The position numbers and the translations under genes are program-made. Of a DNA stretch of 64,000 bases, positions 54,948 to 64,000 are shown piece after piece. Within the stretch, counting starts at the first letter, position 1, and each line of letters opens with the position of its first letter. The notes below the pieces were generated by a model. It had not been told where the DNA came from, made no database searches, and saw only the letters and a program-made list of their open reading frames with translations. The stretch lies in sequence record MK817115.1, one strand, 5' to 3'.

Positions 54948-54987
54948 GTATTCTCCTATGTGATTCACGTCACTCTAATTAATAAAC

Positions 54988-55015
54988 ATTATATCACATT
55001 CTTACGGTTTGTCTA
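54988..55015 (-). promoter_or_regulatory. TAGACA-N16-TATAAT promoter
   Basis: Minus strand TAGACA aaccgtaagaatgtga TATAAT upstream of clpA. Confidence 0.7.
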
Positions 55016-55057
55016 CAAGGTAAATAAAGATATACCCGATTTATTTTGGAGACAATC

Positions 55058-56551
55058 ATGACATATAGAATGTGGAAAAAAGGTAGAACCAATGATTACA
55101 AGTTCATTGATTCTGCCATTGCTGAACAATACAACATTGGTGGAGTTGACATGTGGCTTTATGCATATGTCGGTCCAAAACAAGTTGCTGACAACACTGA
55201 CTTATCCTATGGAGGTGATTATACATCTTCAGGATCAGTTGTGTCAAGTATTGGCGATTTAATTTTTGGTGACACACCAAACAGAAACTACAACCTTGAA
55301 GCTATCACACTTAGTTGTGTCTATCAAGTTCAAGAAGCAACTCCAGACTTGAAAATCCCAGGATTGTTCTTTAATTTCAACACTATGGACATCACAATCC
55401 ATTATAATACAATGATGCAGCGTTTAGGTAGAAAAATCATGCCAGGGGATGTGATAGAACTACCAAATTTACGTGATTTTGATGTATTGGGTAAAGATAC
55501 AGGTCTAAACCGCTTCTATGTCGTCCAAGATGCATTTCGTACATCTGAGGGATACTCGGTTACGTGGCAACATCACATTTATAAACTTAGAGTTAAACCG
55601 CTAACCGACTCACCTGAGTACTCCGATTTACTCGGTAACAATAATTATCCTGATAATCCAGATGACCCTAATAATGGTAATGGAAATACCGATGATGGTT
55701 CGTCGGAAAACAGTAACTATGGCAATGAAATGGATATCATGAACCGTATCATCATGCAAGCTGATGATGAAGTACCCTATATTCATTATACAAATGAACA
55801 TTTGTATGATGATCGACCTGATACAGTAGATTTATCAAAATATATGCTTAACGGTTATGATTTTCCAGAAGAACCTGCCGATGGAATGTATTTTTTGAAA
55901 AAAACATACCCAGTACTCAAAGAGTTTGTTAATGATACATGGATTTCTGTGGAAGTCAAGCGTGGAACCATCTTTCCCAGAAAACCAATGGATGGTGACT
56001 TCTTCTTTAAAGAAAATGACGCAGATGTGACAGGTTATACGTTGTATCAATATGATAAAAGTGCTAAAAAATGGTTAAATTGTGATGTAGAATATACTAC
56101 CAGTGATGTTCCACCAGAAGATGTGGAAGATTTTTGTATTTTTTATAAAGAACCACACATTTATCAGTATAATGATGACAAGTGGGGGGAACCAAAGGTA
56201 ACTTATGTCAATGAACCATTCACGTCCAATTGTGTATATGGTAATATTGATTCGCAACAAGATTATCGTCCTAAAATTCCACCAGCACGAGGTACAGTCC
56301 CTGAAGGAAATATGTTCCCAACTGATGCAGTAGATGGTGACTATTTCTATCGCACCGATTATACTCCAGTTACGTTATGGGAATTCAATGCAACTAAGAA
56401 TTCATGGGTTATTTTTGATTATGGTGGAAGAAAACCGTGGGAAGGTGCAGACTTAGCACTTACACAGTTTGTAAATAGTGATAACAAAGTTCCATTACAT
56501 GACGCAGTTAAACCTAATACTGTTTATCGCATACATAAGGACACAGAATGA
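55058..56551 (+). CDS. gp14: Neck protein (gp14-like) with C-terminal extension
   Basis: DLIFGDTPNRNY, LGRKIMPGDVIELP; adjacent to a gp15-like gene; GGTAAATA box at 55019-55026. Confidence 0.65.
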   Translation: MTYRMWKKGRTNDYKFIDSAIAEQYNIGGVDMWLYAYVGPKQVADNTDLSYGGDYTSSGSVVSSIGDLIFGDTPNRNYNLEAITLSCVYQVQEATPDLKIPGLFFNFNTMDITIHYNTMMQRLGRKIMPGDVIELPNLRDFDVLGKDTGLNRFYVVQDAFRTSEGYSVTWQHHIYKLRVKPLTDSPEYSDLLGNNNYPDNPDDPNNGNGNTDDGSSENSNYGNEMDIMNRIIMQADDEVPYIHYTNEHLYDDRPDTVDLSKYMLNGYDFPEEPADGMYFLKKTYPVLKEFVNDTWISVEVKRGTIFPRKPMDGDFFFKENDADVTGYTLYQYDKSAKKWLNCDVEYTTSDVPPEDVEDFCIFYKEPHIYQYNDDKWGEPKVTYVNEPFTSNCVYGNIDSQQDYRPKIPPARGTVPEGNMFPTDAVDGDYFYRTDYTPVTLWEFNATKNSWVIFDYGGRKPWEGADLALTQFVNSDNKVPLHDAVKPNTVYRIHKDTE

Positions 56552-57891
56552 AAATAGATTATTATTATGACGGTCAATTTCGCAGAGTACTGAAACATCT
56601 TATCAGAGTTTTTGGTGAATTTCAAGTACAAAATGGTATTGATGCTAATGGAAACCCAAAATACAAAAAGGTTCCATGTCGCTATGCCGATATTTCAAGA
56701 ATGGCAGCAGCAATTATAAATGGGAATAGTGAAAATGTTCTCCCATCAGCACCTATAATGACCATAAGTGTTAATCAACTAAAGTTGGATCGTAAAAATA
56801 TTCGTTCTAATGCCAACGAAACTATAGTAATGGGGTCTAACAAGTCCCCTGCTATTAATGAGTACACAAAAGATCTTGACACACAATACAAAATTGTAAG
56901 ACATAACCCAGTACCTTGGACTTTTACGTTTGATTTGAATATTTGGGTAACTCAAACTCAAACTAAAATGGAATTATTCGAACAAATCTCAACTTTGTTT
57001 GCACCTAGTATACAACTTCAATTATCTGATAACCCGTTAGATTGGACATCGCTTAGTGATGTTGAACTAATAGATTGTCAGTTTTCTACTCGTGGTTTTC
57101 CACAAGGAACTGACCCAGATTTGGATATAATGGTTTTAACATTTGAAACGACAATATGGTTTTCTTTACCAGCTATTGTTGAAAAACCAAAATTAATCCA
57201 ACAGATTACTACAAATATTAAAGGTGCTCGTGACGAATTTGATTTTGAAATGGGAAATTATTCAGATATAATAACAGATGTTTTTACACCCAAGAATTTA
57301 TGCATTAAAGTTGAAGAAATTACTAATTCCAAGTATAATTTACCTGATACATACCAACTTACCTTGGTTAGCCAATCGCTATCTGCGGTTTCTCCCAACG
57401 GTGGAATATATTCATGGGAAAAATATCTTAAATATCTAGAACCAAATTTTGATGACAAAAAAGTAGGGATTAAATTTCAACAATCTATTGAAGAAGACAA
57501 CCCACTAAAAGGTCATATAGCGTCGTATGGTGAAAATGAAGATGCCAACAAAATTATAGTACAGCTTGATAATACCAATTATACTGTTGATTACACTATA
57601 CATGGGTTTGTGCAGAAAGATTCAGTACTTTCAAGTGCATTACCTGAACAATATTATGTAAATAACAGTATACATAACATCATTTATAAAGAAACCGAAA
57701 TCCCATCAAATTATTTGTTTAAAATTACAAATGATGGTGCACAATTAATTGATCCATCTACTGTACGAAATTACATTTATAATAAAGAAGACAATGGTTA
57801 TTATAGATATAATGACAAATTTAAATGGCATAAAAGTATCATGCCTGTGTATCGTCAGGGATATTGGAAAATAACTTTCACTGACAAATAA
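56548..57891 (+). CDS. gp15: Tail terminator / sheath stabiliser (gp15-like)
   Basis: YYYDGQFRRVLKHLIRVF...KKVPCRYAD, PVPWTFTFDLNIW, ELFEQISTLFAPS. Confidence 0.8.
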   Translation: MKIDYYYDGQFRRVLKHLIRVFGEFQVQNGIDANGNPKYKKVPCRYADISRMAAAIINGNSENVLPSAPIMTISVNQLKLDRKNIRSNANETIVMGSNKSPAINEYTKDLDTQYKIVRHNPVPWTFTFDLNIWVTQTQTKMELFEQISTLFAPSIQLQLSDNPLDWTSLSDVELIDCQFSTRGFPQGTDPDLDIMVLTFETTIWFSLPAIVEKPKLIQQITTNIKGARDEFDFEMGNYSDIITDVFTPKNLCIKVEEITNSKYNLPDTYQLTLVSQSLSAVSPNGGIYSWEKYLKYLEPNFDDKKVGIKFQQSIEEDNPLKGHIASYGENEDANKIIVQLDNTNYTVDYTIHGFVQKDSVLSSALPEQYYVNNSIHNIIYKETEIPSNYLFKITNDGAQLIDPSTVRNYIYNKEDNGYYRYNDKFKWHKSIMPVYRQGYWKITFTDK

Positions 57892-57904
57892 AGGAGGTGT
57901 TGTT

Positions 57905-58369
57905 ATGAATGAAGCGGTTGGTGCTATATTTTTATCAAAAAGTACTGGACATATGATGTTAAACTTGCGTTCTGAAAGAAGTACCTATTCTAACAACTGG
58001 GCATTTGTTGGTGGAAAGCTTGAACATAACGAAACACCACTACAAGGTCTGATGAGAGAAATTAAAGAAGAGTTGGGCAACTCAATACCTAACATTATTG
58101 ATATTATACCGTTTGATGTATTTTGTACAAAAAATGGTAAATTTAAATATTATTCATTTGTTATTGTAGTTGAGAATGAATTTGTACCAACTTTAAATCA
58201 TGAAAGCTCTGGTTATGCTTGGGTTAGAATTGGTTCTTGGCCTAAACCATTACACCCTGGTGCTAAAAATACTTTACTTAACACAAACTTAATGAAAGAT
58301 TTTTACTCACTATGGGAAAGTATACGTGAAGGTACACAGTTTGTCAACAGTTTACCATATAGATATTAA
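57905..58369 (+). CDS. Nudix hydrolase
   Basis: Nudix box GGKLEHNETPLQGLMREIKEELG. Confidence 0.92.
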   Translation: MNEAVGAIFLSKSTGHMMLNLRSERSTYSNNWAFVGGKLEHNETPLQGLMREIKEELGNSIPNIIDIIPFDVFCTKNGKFKYYSFVIVVENEFVPTLNHESSGYAWVRIGSWPKPLHPGAKNTLLNTNLMKDFYSLWESIREGTQFVNSLPYRY

Positions 58370-58372
58370 AAC

Positions 58373-58398
58373 AAAAAGGAGCCGTGTGGCTCCTTTTT
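58373..58398. terminator. Bidirectional terminator
   Basis: AAAAAGGAGCC-gtgt-GGCTCCTTTTT at a convergent junction. Confidence 0.85.
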
Positions 58399-59499
58399 TT
58401 ATACTCCAATAATCGGAATACCTGTAATATTTAACAACACGGATGCTTGTAGTTTAACGGATTCACCAGCAGTTAGATTACTAATGCTACCATCAACTCG
58501 AAAACCTAAATTTTTATTTGAGTTTAGAGAATTGATAACCCAATTTTCATAATCAGCTTTAGATGTTCCATTAGGATTTGGGATAGATGGATCTACACCA
58601 TTAATAACAATATTTACGTCCCAGTTTGGGCGACTACTGGTAATAACATCTTTTATGGATTCTAATTGTGTAATCCTACGTGGGTCTGGCATTTGACTTG
58701 CCCCCACCGAACCAGGAACAAAAGTTCCTTGATTATCTACATAAAATTGCCCTTTTATAAAAAAGGTTTTTGAATTGTATGGAAGAGAAACTATCTCACC
58801 AGAAGAATCATTTACTTCTCTAATCATAATTTTTAATTCATAGAAATAGTTGCTACCAAATTCAAAGACACCAGTACCATTAGTTAATGTTGTCCAGTTA
58901 TTTGTATCTACTTGTGAAGTACCACCTAAGTTAAAATACGCAATTGGTTTAGTACTATTACTTTGTGTGAACTCTATATATTTTTTACCATTATCATAGT
59001 TAATATCTAATAATGATGAATACTCTTTGTTTTCTGGTCTAGATGTTTGAATTTCACGCCATTCTTTGTTTTTCATTAACACACGAAGAGAATCACCGTT
59101 ACTAGTTAATACCATACGACCCATAACACTATTTTCACCATCAGGCACTGTGTTAAAAACAGTAATCATAGGGATAGACGCCCACTCAGCTTCACTTACC
59201 ATATCAGCAGGTTGTCTAGCATTATCAACTAATGATATCAATAACTCACCAGTACTACCAGTGTTTCTATACCAAAGTTGACCATTGACGTTGCCACGTG
59301 GTGCAGATGCTGAACTGAAATTTTCAACTAAATGTAAAAAGTTTTCATTCCATGCTTGACCGTAACTTACTTTATTTCTACCAACTAAATTTAACGGAAC
59401 TGGGTTACTTCCGGGCTGGTTTGGTCCTAAAATAACATTATTTGGAATGGTAGCATAAACACTACCATTACTTCTATAAATTGTATAATTAACACTCAT
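58399..59499 (-). CDS. Probable baseplate/fibre-attachment structural protein
   Basis: N-terminal LNLVGRNKVSYGQAWNENFLHLVENFS...GQLWY, a segment I recall in baseplate-associated proteins of this group. Confidence 0.6.
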   Translation of the reverse strand: MSVNYTIYRSNGSVYATIPNNVILGPNQPGSNPVPLNLVGRNKVSYGQAWNENFLHLVENFSSASAPRGNVNGQLWYRNTGSTGELLISLVDNARQPADMVSEAEWASIPMITVFNTVPDGENSVMGRMVLTSNGDSLRVLMKNKEWREIQTSRPENKEYSSLLDINYDNGKKYIEFTQSNSTKPIAYFNLGGTSQVDTNNWTTLTNGTGVFEFGSNYFYELKIMIREVNDSSGEIVSLPYNSKTFFIKGQFYVDNQGTFVPGSVGASQMPDPRRITQLESIKDVITSSRPNWDVNIVINGVDPSIPNPNGTSKADYENWVINSLNSNKNLGFRVDGSISNLTAGESVKLQASVLLNITGIPIIGV

Positions 59500-59511
59500 T
59501 ATATGTCCCCA

Positions 59512-60120
59512 TTATTGTAATTGTACACGAACTGTGTATTTAATTTGTAAGACACGGTTTGCACTTTTCTCAACTGGGTGAAAAATGATATGGGTTAAAG
59601 GAATACCACTATCGCCATCCGTGTATAATCCCAATTCATCAAACACATAAGTTCCATCCATGCTTGTCCCTGAGCTTACACCTTGGTCGGATGGTTCACC
59701 TAACCCTAGAGTACAAATACATACAATATCAGTATAGGACTGTCCTGGTATATGTACAGTTGTAATATTATTGTATTGTGAATCAATACCTGCCGTAATT
59801 CGTGGGTTGATTTTTTTCAAATATGTTTGTGAATACAAACCACCAAATGATGTAACACGTGGTTTTTTATAAGTAACACGACCAGTACTTAAAACTACTG
59901 TACCACCATTACCAAAACGCATCTCGCTAATAGAACCAATAGGAATACCAGTACTGTCTTGATTATATGCTAACGCATTAGCAATGGCAGTACTCATATT
60001 TTCAGGGTGAATAGCGTTAGATTTATCTAAAACGATTTTTTGATTTGATGGATCAGTAACGTCAGTAATTAGGACATGACCTTTAACAAATAGTTTTGGT
60101 TGTTCTGTTTCTAATTTCAT
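59512..60120 (-). CDS. Probable baseplate protein (202 aa)
   Basis: KGHVLITD...NAIH, FGNGG, FDELGL, THIIFHPVEKSANRVLQIKYTVR resembles fibre-anchor/baseplate folds. Confidence 0.6.
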   Translation of the reverse strand: MKLETEQPKLFVKGHVLITDVTDPSNQKIVLDKSNAIHPENMSTAIANALAYNQDSTGIPIGSISEMRFGNGGTVVLSTGRVTYKKPRVTSFGGLYSQTYLKKINPRITAGIDSQYNNITTVHIPGQSYTDIVCICTLGLGEPSDQGVSSGTSMDGTYVFDELGLYTDGDSGIPLTHIIFHPVEKSANRVLQIKYTVRVQLQ

Positions 60121-60129
60121 TTCTAATCC

Positions 60130-60627
60130 TTAGTAGTTAATTAAAATTTGTTCTAACTTCCCAGCTAAACTTTTTTGGACATCTGATGGATACTTACTAA
60201 TATAATCACGGTCTATACCAACTTTAAGGTAAGTAAAATTACCAGTTACTGTTTCAGCAAATGTTCCGGTAGTTCCTTGTTGTCTAATTAAATCCCCACC
60301 ATTTGGATTTAAAATAACCATATCAGTAAATTCAAGATAATAATTACAACTTTCAGTGAATTTAATTGGAAACCAATCATCATCAGTAGGATTACTAGCT
60401 AATGTAGCTAATACATAAATTCTACCAATAAAATTACGTAGTGTAAATGAAATAGTATGTAAACCTGTAGTACATCCATAGTAGCCACCACTTGCGAGTG
60501 GTAACGTTTGTTCATTCCAGTGATAATCCAAGTTAGCTGGATACCAGCTATCAGATTCAGGAAAATCTTGCCATGAACCATCTTTTGTTTTTCTTCTGAA
60601 GAGAAAGTCTTTTGATCTTAATGCCAT
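60130..60627 (-). CDS. Conserved hypothetical late protein (165 aa)
   Basis: GGYYG..TGLHTISF...NFIGRIYVLATL...DWF; AATAAATA box at 60660-60667. Confidence 0.7.
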   Translation of the reverse strand: MALRSKDFLFRRKTKDGSWQDFPESDSWYPANLDYHWNEQTLPLASGGYYGCTTGLHTISFTLRNFIGRIYVLATLASNPTDDDWFPIKFTESCNYYLEFTDMVILNPNGGDLIRQQGTTGTFAETVTGNFTYLKVGIDRDYISKYPSDVQKSLAGKLEQILINY

Positions 60628-60737
60628 TGTTTAAGCCCTTTTAGTAGTGAACTTTCATTTATTTATTAATGATAACGAAATGTATTTTGTACTGATAAAT
60701 ATTGGTATATGACATTAACTCATACAAGGGAAATATT

Positions 60738-61865
60738 ATGACAATTTCATTTAACAATGGGTCCAGTGGTTCATGTAATAACTCCGGCATCAAAAGTCTA
60801 GTTATTAATGGTGCTGGGCATTTAATTGTAACCTATGCAGATAACACAATTCAAGATTTAGGTCTTGTTGTAGGACAGAATGGCGAGAATGGTAAAAACT
60901 TTTATCCTAATGAGATTGGTTTTGAAATTCCTTCCGAACAATTTAAAGTTGGTGAACCACTTGGGTGGTGCTACTTAAGCTTGGCTAACAATACCAGTAC
61001 TCTATACTTTAAATCAAATGATGCACAAGATCCGACAAGTACATGGATTAGTGTTGAGTTTGGTAAAGGTGATACGGGTGAAGCGGGTAAGCCGTTCCAC
61101 ATTGATAGTGCTGGAACTACTTTCCCAACAACTGGTCTTTTTGATAACTATACATTTTATAATACTCAAGATGGTAAACTTTATTTCTATCAAAGTGTAA
61201 CTGCTACTTGGAGTGATGGTATACCTTTCCGTGGTGAACAAGGTCCGCGTGGTCGTTTCCATATTGATAGCAGTGGTGATCAATTTCCAAGTATTGAAAA
61301 TCTTCCAGTTGATTATTGTTTTTATAACAACACTGATGGAAAACTATATTATGTTGATGAAGTAACTACAACTACCCCTCCTTCAAAAGAGTGGAGTGAG
61401 GGTATTCTATTCCGTGGTAAAGAAGGTCAGCAAGGTATTCAAGGTATACAAGGCGAACCAGGTGCACCAGGTAAAGATACAATTTCTATTAGAAATACAA
61501 TAGATAGCTCATGGACTAACGCACTATTAGTTATTGGTACGTGTCCTGCTGGATATGTAGTTTCTAATATTGATGTAAACGTTATACAACCTTATTCTCT
61601 TCCTGTAACTGATATGTTTGTACGTTTTGGTGGTGAAGCACAAGAAGATATTGGTGGGACTGTAATTGCACCAACTTCCTACTTTGATATCAATCGTCAG
61701 ATGCGTTTTATTGTTAATGAAACTAATCATGCAGCATCCGATGTTGATGAAATTATTTCATGTGTATTCAACGATTCTGTTAACAACAGTCCTTATGGAA
61801 AAATGGAAATTATTTGTACTCTTTCATGGCAAGCTCCTATCCAACCGATTCAAGATAATATTTAA
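60738..61865 (+). CDS. Collagen-like fibre-associated protein
   Basis: GXY runs (GEQGPRG; GKEGQQGIQGIQGEPGAPGKD) separated by two ~45-aa repeated modules; GATAAATA box at 60694-60701; start at 60738 behind AAGGG. Confidence 0.75.
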   Translation: MTISFNNGSSGSCNNSGIKSLVINGAGHLIVTYADNTIQDLGLVVGQNGENGKNFYPNEIGFEIPSEQFKVGEPLGWCYLSLANNTSTLYFKSNDAQDPTSTWISVEFGKGDTGEAGKPFHIDSAGTTFPTTGLFDNYTFYNTQDGKLYFYQSVTATWSDGIPFRGEQGPRGRFHIDSSGDQFPSIENLPVDYCFYNNTDGKLYYVDEVTTTTPPSKEWSEGILFRGKEGQQGIQGIQGEPGAPGKDTISIRNTIDSSWTNALLVIGTCPAGYVVSNIDVNVIQPYSLPVTDMFVRFGGEAQEDIGGTVIAPTSYFDINRQMRFIVNETNHAASDVDEIISCVFNDSVNNSPYGKMEIICTLSWQAPIQPIQDNI

Positions 61866-61879
61866 GGGAGGATGTCATA

Positions 61880-64000
61880 ATGGCAGTATTTTCTAATTTT
61901 GAAGGAACTATGCAGCCCAAATTCATATTGGGGAAAAAAGGTGCTTCAATAAATTTTATCAATGATTCAGTTTCTATAAAAGATTATCTAGGAGAACAGT
62001 TCCTACCACTGAAGGTAGGAACTTCATCTGACCCTAATTCAGCAGTTAACGTAAAATATCTTGAAGATAACCCTAATGCATTATTTGGTGTTGTACCCCC
62101 TACCGATGATGTAGGAAAGAACAATAATACGTATTTTCAAATTGATGAAGATGGTATTGTTGATATTTTTGCAAAAAGTAATGGTACATGGGTAAAATCA
62201 TTATACATTAATAAAAAAGTTCTATCCAGTAAAAATGGTGGCGATTTCATCGGACTTATTACTGGAGGTACAGTTCAACAGGCCCAGTTTTATATAACAC
62301 CAGAAGAATTTGGTGCTAAAGGTGATGGCGAAACTGATGACACTGCTGCTGTAAATTTATGTGCTGCTTATGCTAAAGAAAATAAAATCCAAATTCAGGC
62401 TGGTGGTAATTACCGTATCAAAACTGCAATATACCTGGAAGATGTAACTTGGTTTGGGGGAACTATTACTGGTAATGGTGGTACTATGGTATCCGTTATT
62501 AATTCCCAAATACAATTTGCAACACTTACTGGATGTTATTTAAAATTCTTCGGTGGCGATGGTAAGTTTTATTTTAATAAATTTATAAACATCACAAGTA
62601 CTGCTGCATTTTTAATGCAAGGTATGACACAACCAGGAACAATAGATTTTTGCTTTAATGAAATGACCCAATGTAAGTATGGTGTTCTTCAACAAGGTAC
62701 TGGTGAGAAAATGAAGGTTGGTAGATATTCATATAACCACATACATGATATATATGGTGATGCAATTGAACTAAACGTAATTAACTCACATTATCCTGAT
62801 GGTTTTGTGATTGAAGGAAACGTAATTGAAAACGTTGATGGTTCTAACGCTCCAATCCCACTTTCAAACTGGGGCATTGGTATTGGCGTTGCTGGTTCTG
62901 GTCCTTATGGTTTAGATGCACCAGATACACAATATGTCAGAAACTTTGTTATTAAAAATAACAGACTATATAATGTTAGACAATGTATCCACGTTGAATT
63001 AGGAATGGACTTTAAAATACTTAATAATGAAGTTTATCCATCATCTTTAGTTTCTGTTGGTACTGGATTAACCACTGCTGGTGTTATAACTTATGGTTCG
63101 AAAGAATTCATTATTGATGGGTTGACTGGTCATTTGCTTAATGATCCTTCTATCACAAATAGAATGGTTTCAATAAACTGGGGTGTAACTTCTGGTCGTT
63201 TTGCTGGACCACCTAGAAACTTTAAAATTTCTAATCTCTATATTCCAGAGTCTTCTATACTTGTTTATACTTCCGGTTCTGATAATTGGTTAAATAATAC
63301 AGAATTGAGCAATATCACCTGTTCTAAAATCCTTTGGCGTGGTTTGCCATCATCATCTAAATTTAGTGATATTAGAACTAAAGAATTAGATGTAATTGGT
63401 CAACACCTCTCTACCGAAGGCGAAGGTGGTGGTATCTATACTCGCTCTAAATATACTTATACTAATTGGACTAACTGTGTTGTTCAAGATGATTGTAATG
63501 TTTCAAAATATAGTTTTTCTAAAATGTATGTAGACAGAATAGACCAATCATCTAATAACTTTAAAGTTACAACTGCAATCGATGGTACAGGACACCGTGG
63601 CCCAGTACTGATACCTGTAGTTGAGCAATATTATATTCCATACGATACTTTTCCTGGGGGACGCTATTTCTCTGAAGGCACGATTATTCATAAACAATCG
63701 GGTGGAAAATATATTGTAACTGTTGGTGGTTCTTTTTTCGGAAAATATGACACAATTAGACAAACGGTAGCAGGACAAACATACATAGAAGCATTGGGTG
63801 TGTCATGGGGTGAAAACCAATATGCAAAAGCTGCTGGTACTGAGATCATTATATCCGGTGCTGGTGAAAATGGTGGTGATTTGAGAACGTATATAACTCG
63901 TGCAGTGTATGTTGTAAACAACGTATATAGAATTGATATTGCAGATCCTATCATAACAGCAACTGCCGCTGGTGCAGCATTAAAAGCTGCCCAACCCGTA
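61880..64000 (+). CDS. WcaM-like beta-helix tailspike, probable colanic-acid depolymerase (partial, 707 codons, runs off right end)
   Basis: Not in the ORF track. GGAGG RBS; FGAKGDGETDDT beta-helix start; YGVLQQG, GDAIELNV, NWGIGIGVAGS, VRNFVI, RQCIHVELG parallel the WcaM segments YAILRQG, GDAIEWNV, NWGIGIGLAGS, VKNFVV, RQLIHVENG. Confidence 0.85.
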   Translation, partial: MAVFSNFEGTMQPKFILGKKGASINFINDSVSIKDYLGEQFLPLKVGTSSDPNSAVNVKYLEDNPNALFGVVPPTDDVGKNNNTYFQIDEDGIVDIFAKSNGTWVKSLYINKKVLSSKNGGDFIGLITGGTVQQAQFYITPEEFGAKGDGETDDTAAVNLCAAYAKENKIQIQAGGNYRIKTAIYLEDVTWFGGTITGNGGTMVSVINSQIQFATLTGCYLKFFGGDGKFYFNKFINITSTAAFLMQGMTQPGTIDFCFNEMTQCKYGVLQQGTGEKMKVGRYSYNHIHDIYGDAIELNVINSHYPDGFVIEGNVIENVDGSNAPIPLSNWGIGIGVAGSGPYGLDAPDTQYVRNFVIKNNRLYNVRQCIHVELGMDFKILNNEVYPSSLVSVGTGLTTAGVITYGSKEFIIDGLTGHLLNDPSITNRMVSINWGVTSGRFAGPPRNFKISNLYIPESSILVYTSGSDNWLNNTELSNITCSKILWRGLPSSSKFSDIRTKELDVIGQHLSTEGEGGGIYTRSKYTYTNWTNCVVQDDCNVSKYSFSKMYVDRIDQSSNNFKVTTAIDGTGHRGPVLIPVVEQYYIPYDTFPGGRYFSEGTIIHKQSGGKYIVTVGGSFFGKYDTIRQTVAGQTYIEALGVSWGENQYAKAAGTEIIISGAGENGGDLRTYITRAVYVVNNVYRIDIADPIITATAAGAALKAAQPV

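Noticed and set aside
60900-61480. Repeated modules in the collagen-like gene as a DNA repeat element
   Set aside because: The similarity is at the protein level with diverged codons; it is internal domain duplication, not a mobile or regulatory repeat.

Overview
A 64-kb segment of an AT-rich (roughly one-third GC by eye) jumbo myophage of the T4-related superfamily. Gene content and order resemble, from memory, the RaK2/GAP32/PBECO4-type enterobacterial jumbo phages; this was not checked by a search. The window holds the core head module (terminase, portal, protease, scaffold, major capsid), replication/recombination genes (start of a gp32-like SSB, RNase H-like nuclease, clamp-like protein, family B polymerase, gp46/47, endonuclease VII), a gp55-like late sigma factor, and baseplate/neck genes including a ~3,320-aa protein. 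It also carries a GroES, a ClpA-like ATPase, a Nudix hydrolase, a tail fibre plus Tfa, and a WcaM-like tailspike that runs off the right end. No tRNA, CRISPR array or reverse transcriptase was seen. The strongest unexplained signals are: (1) a ~450-nt promoter- and terminator-bounded, hairpin-rich non-coding unit at 26854-27307 (-); (2) about 4-5-fold over-representation of the palindrome AGTACT (manual tally); (3) a degenerate terminase-ATPase paralogue directly upstream of the real terminase; (4) a T-TTT-TTC slippery site that would fuse the gp26-like and gp51-like ORFs by -1 frameshifting; (5) a recurring promoter class, GRGACA-N16-TAYAAT, three times placed back-to-back with late TAAATA promoters.
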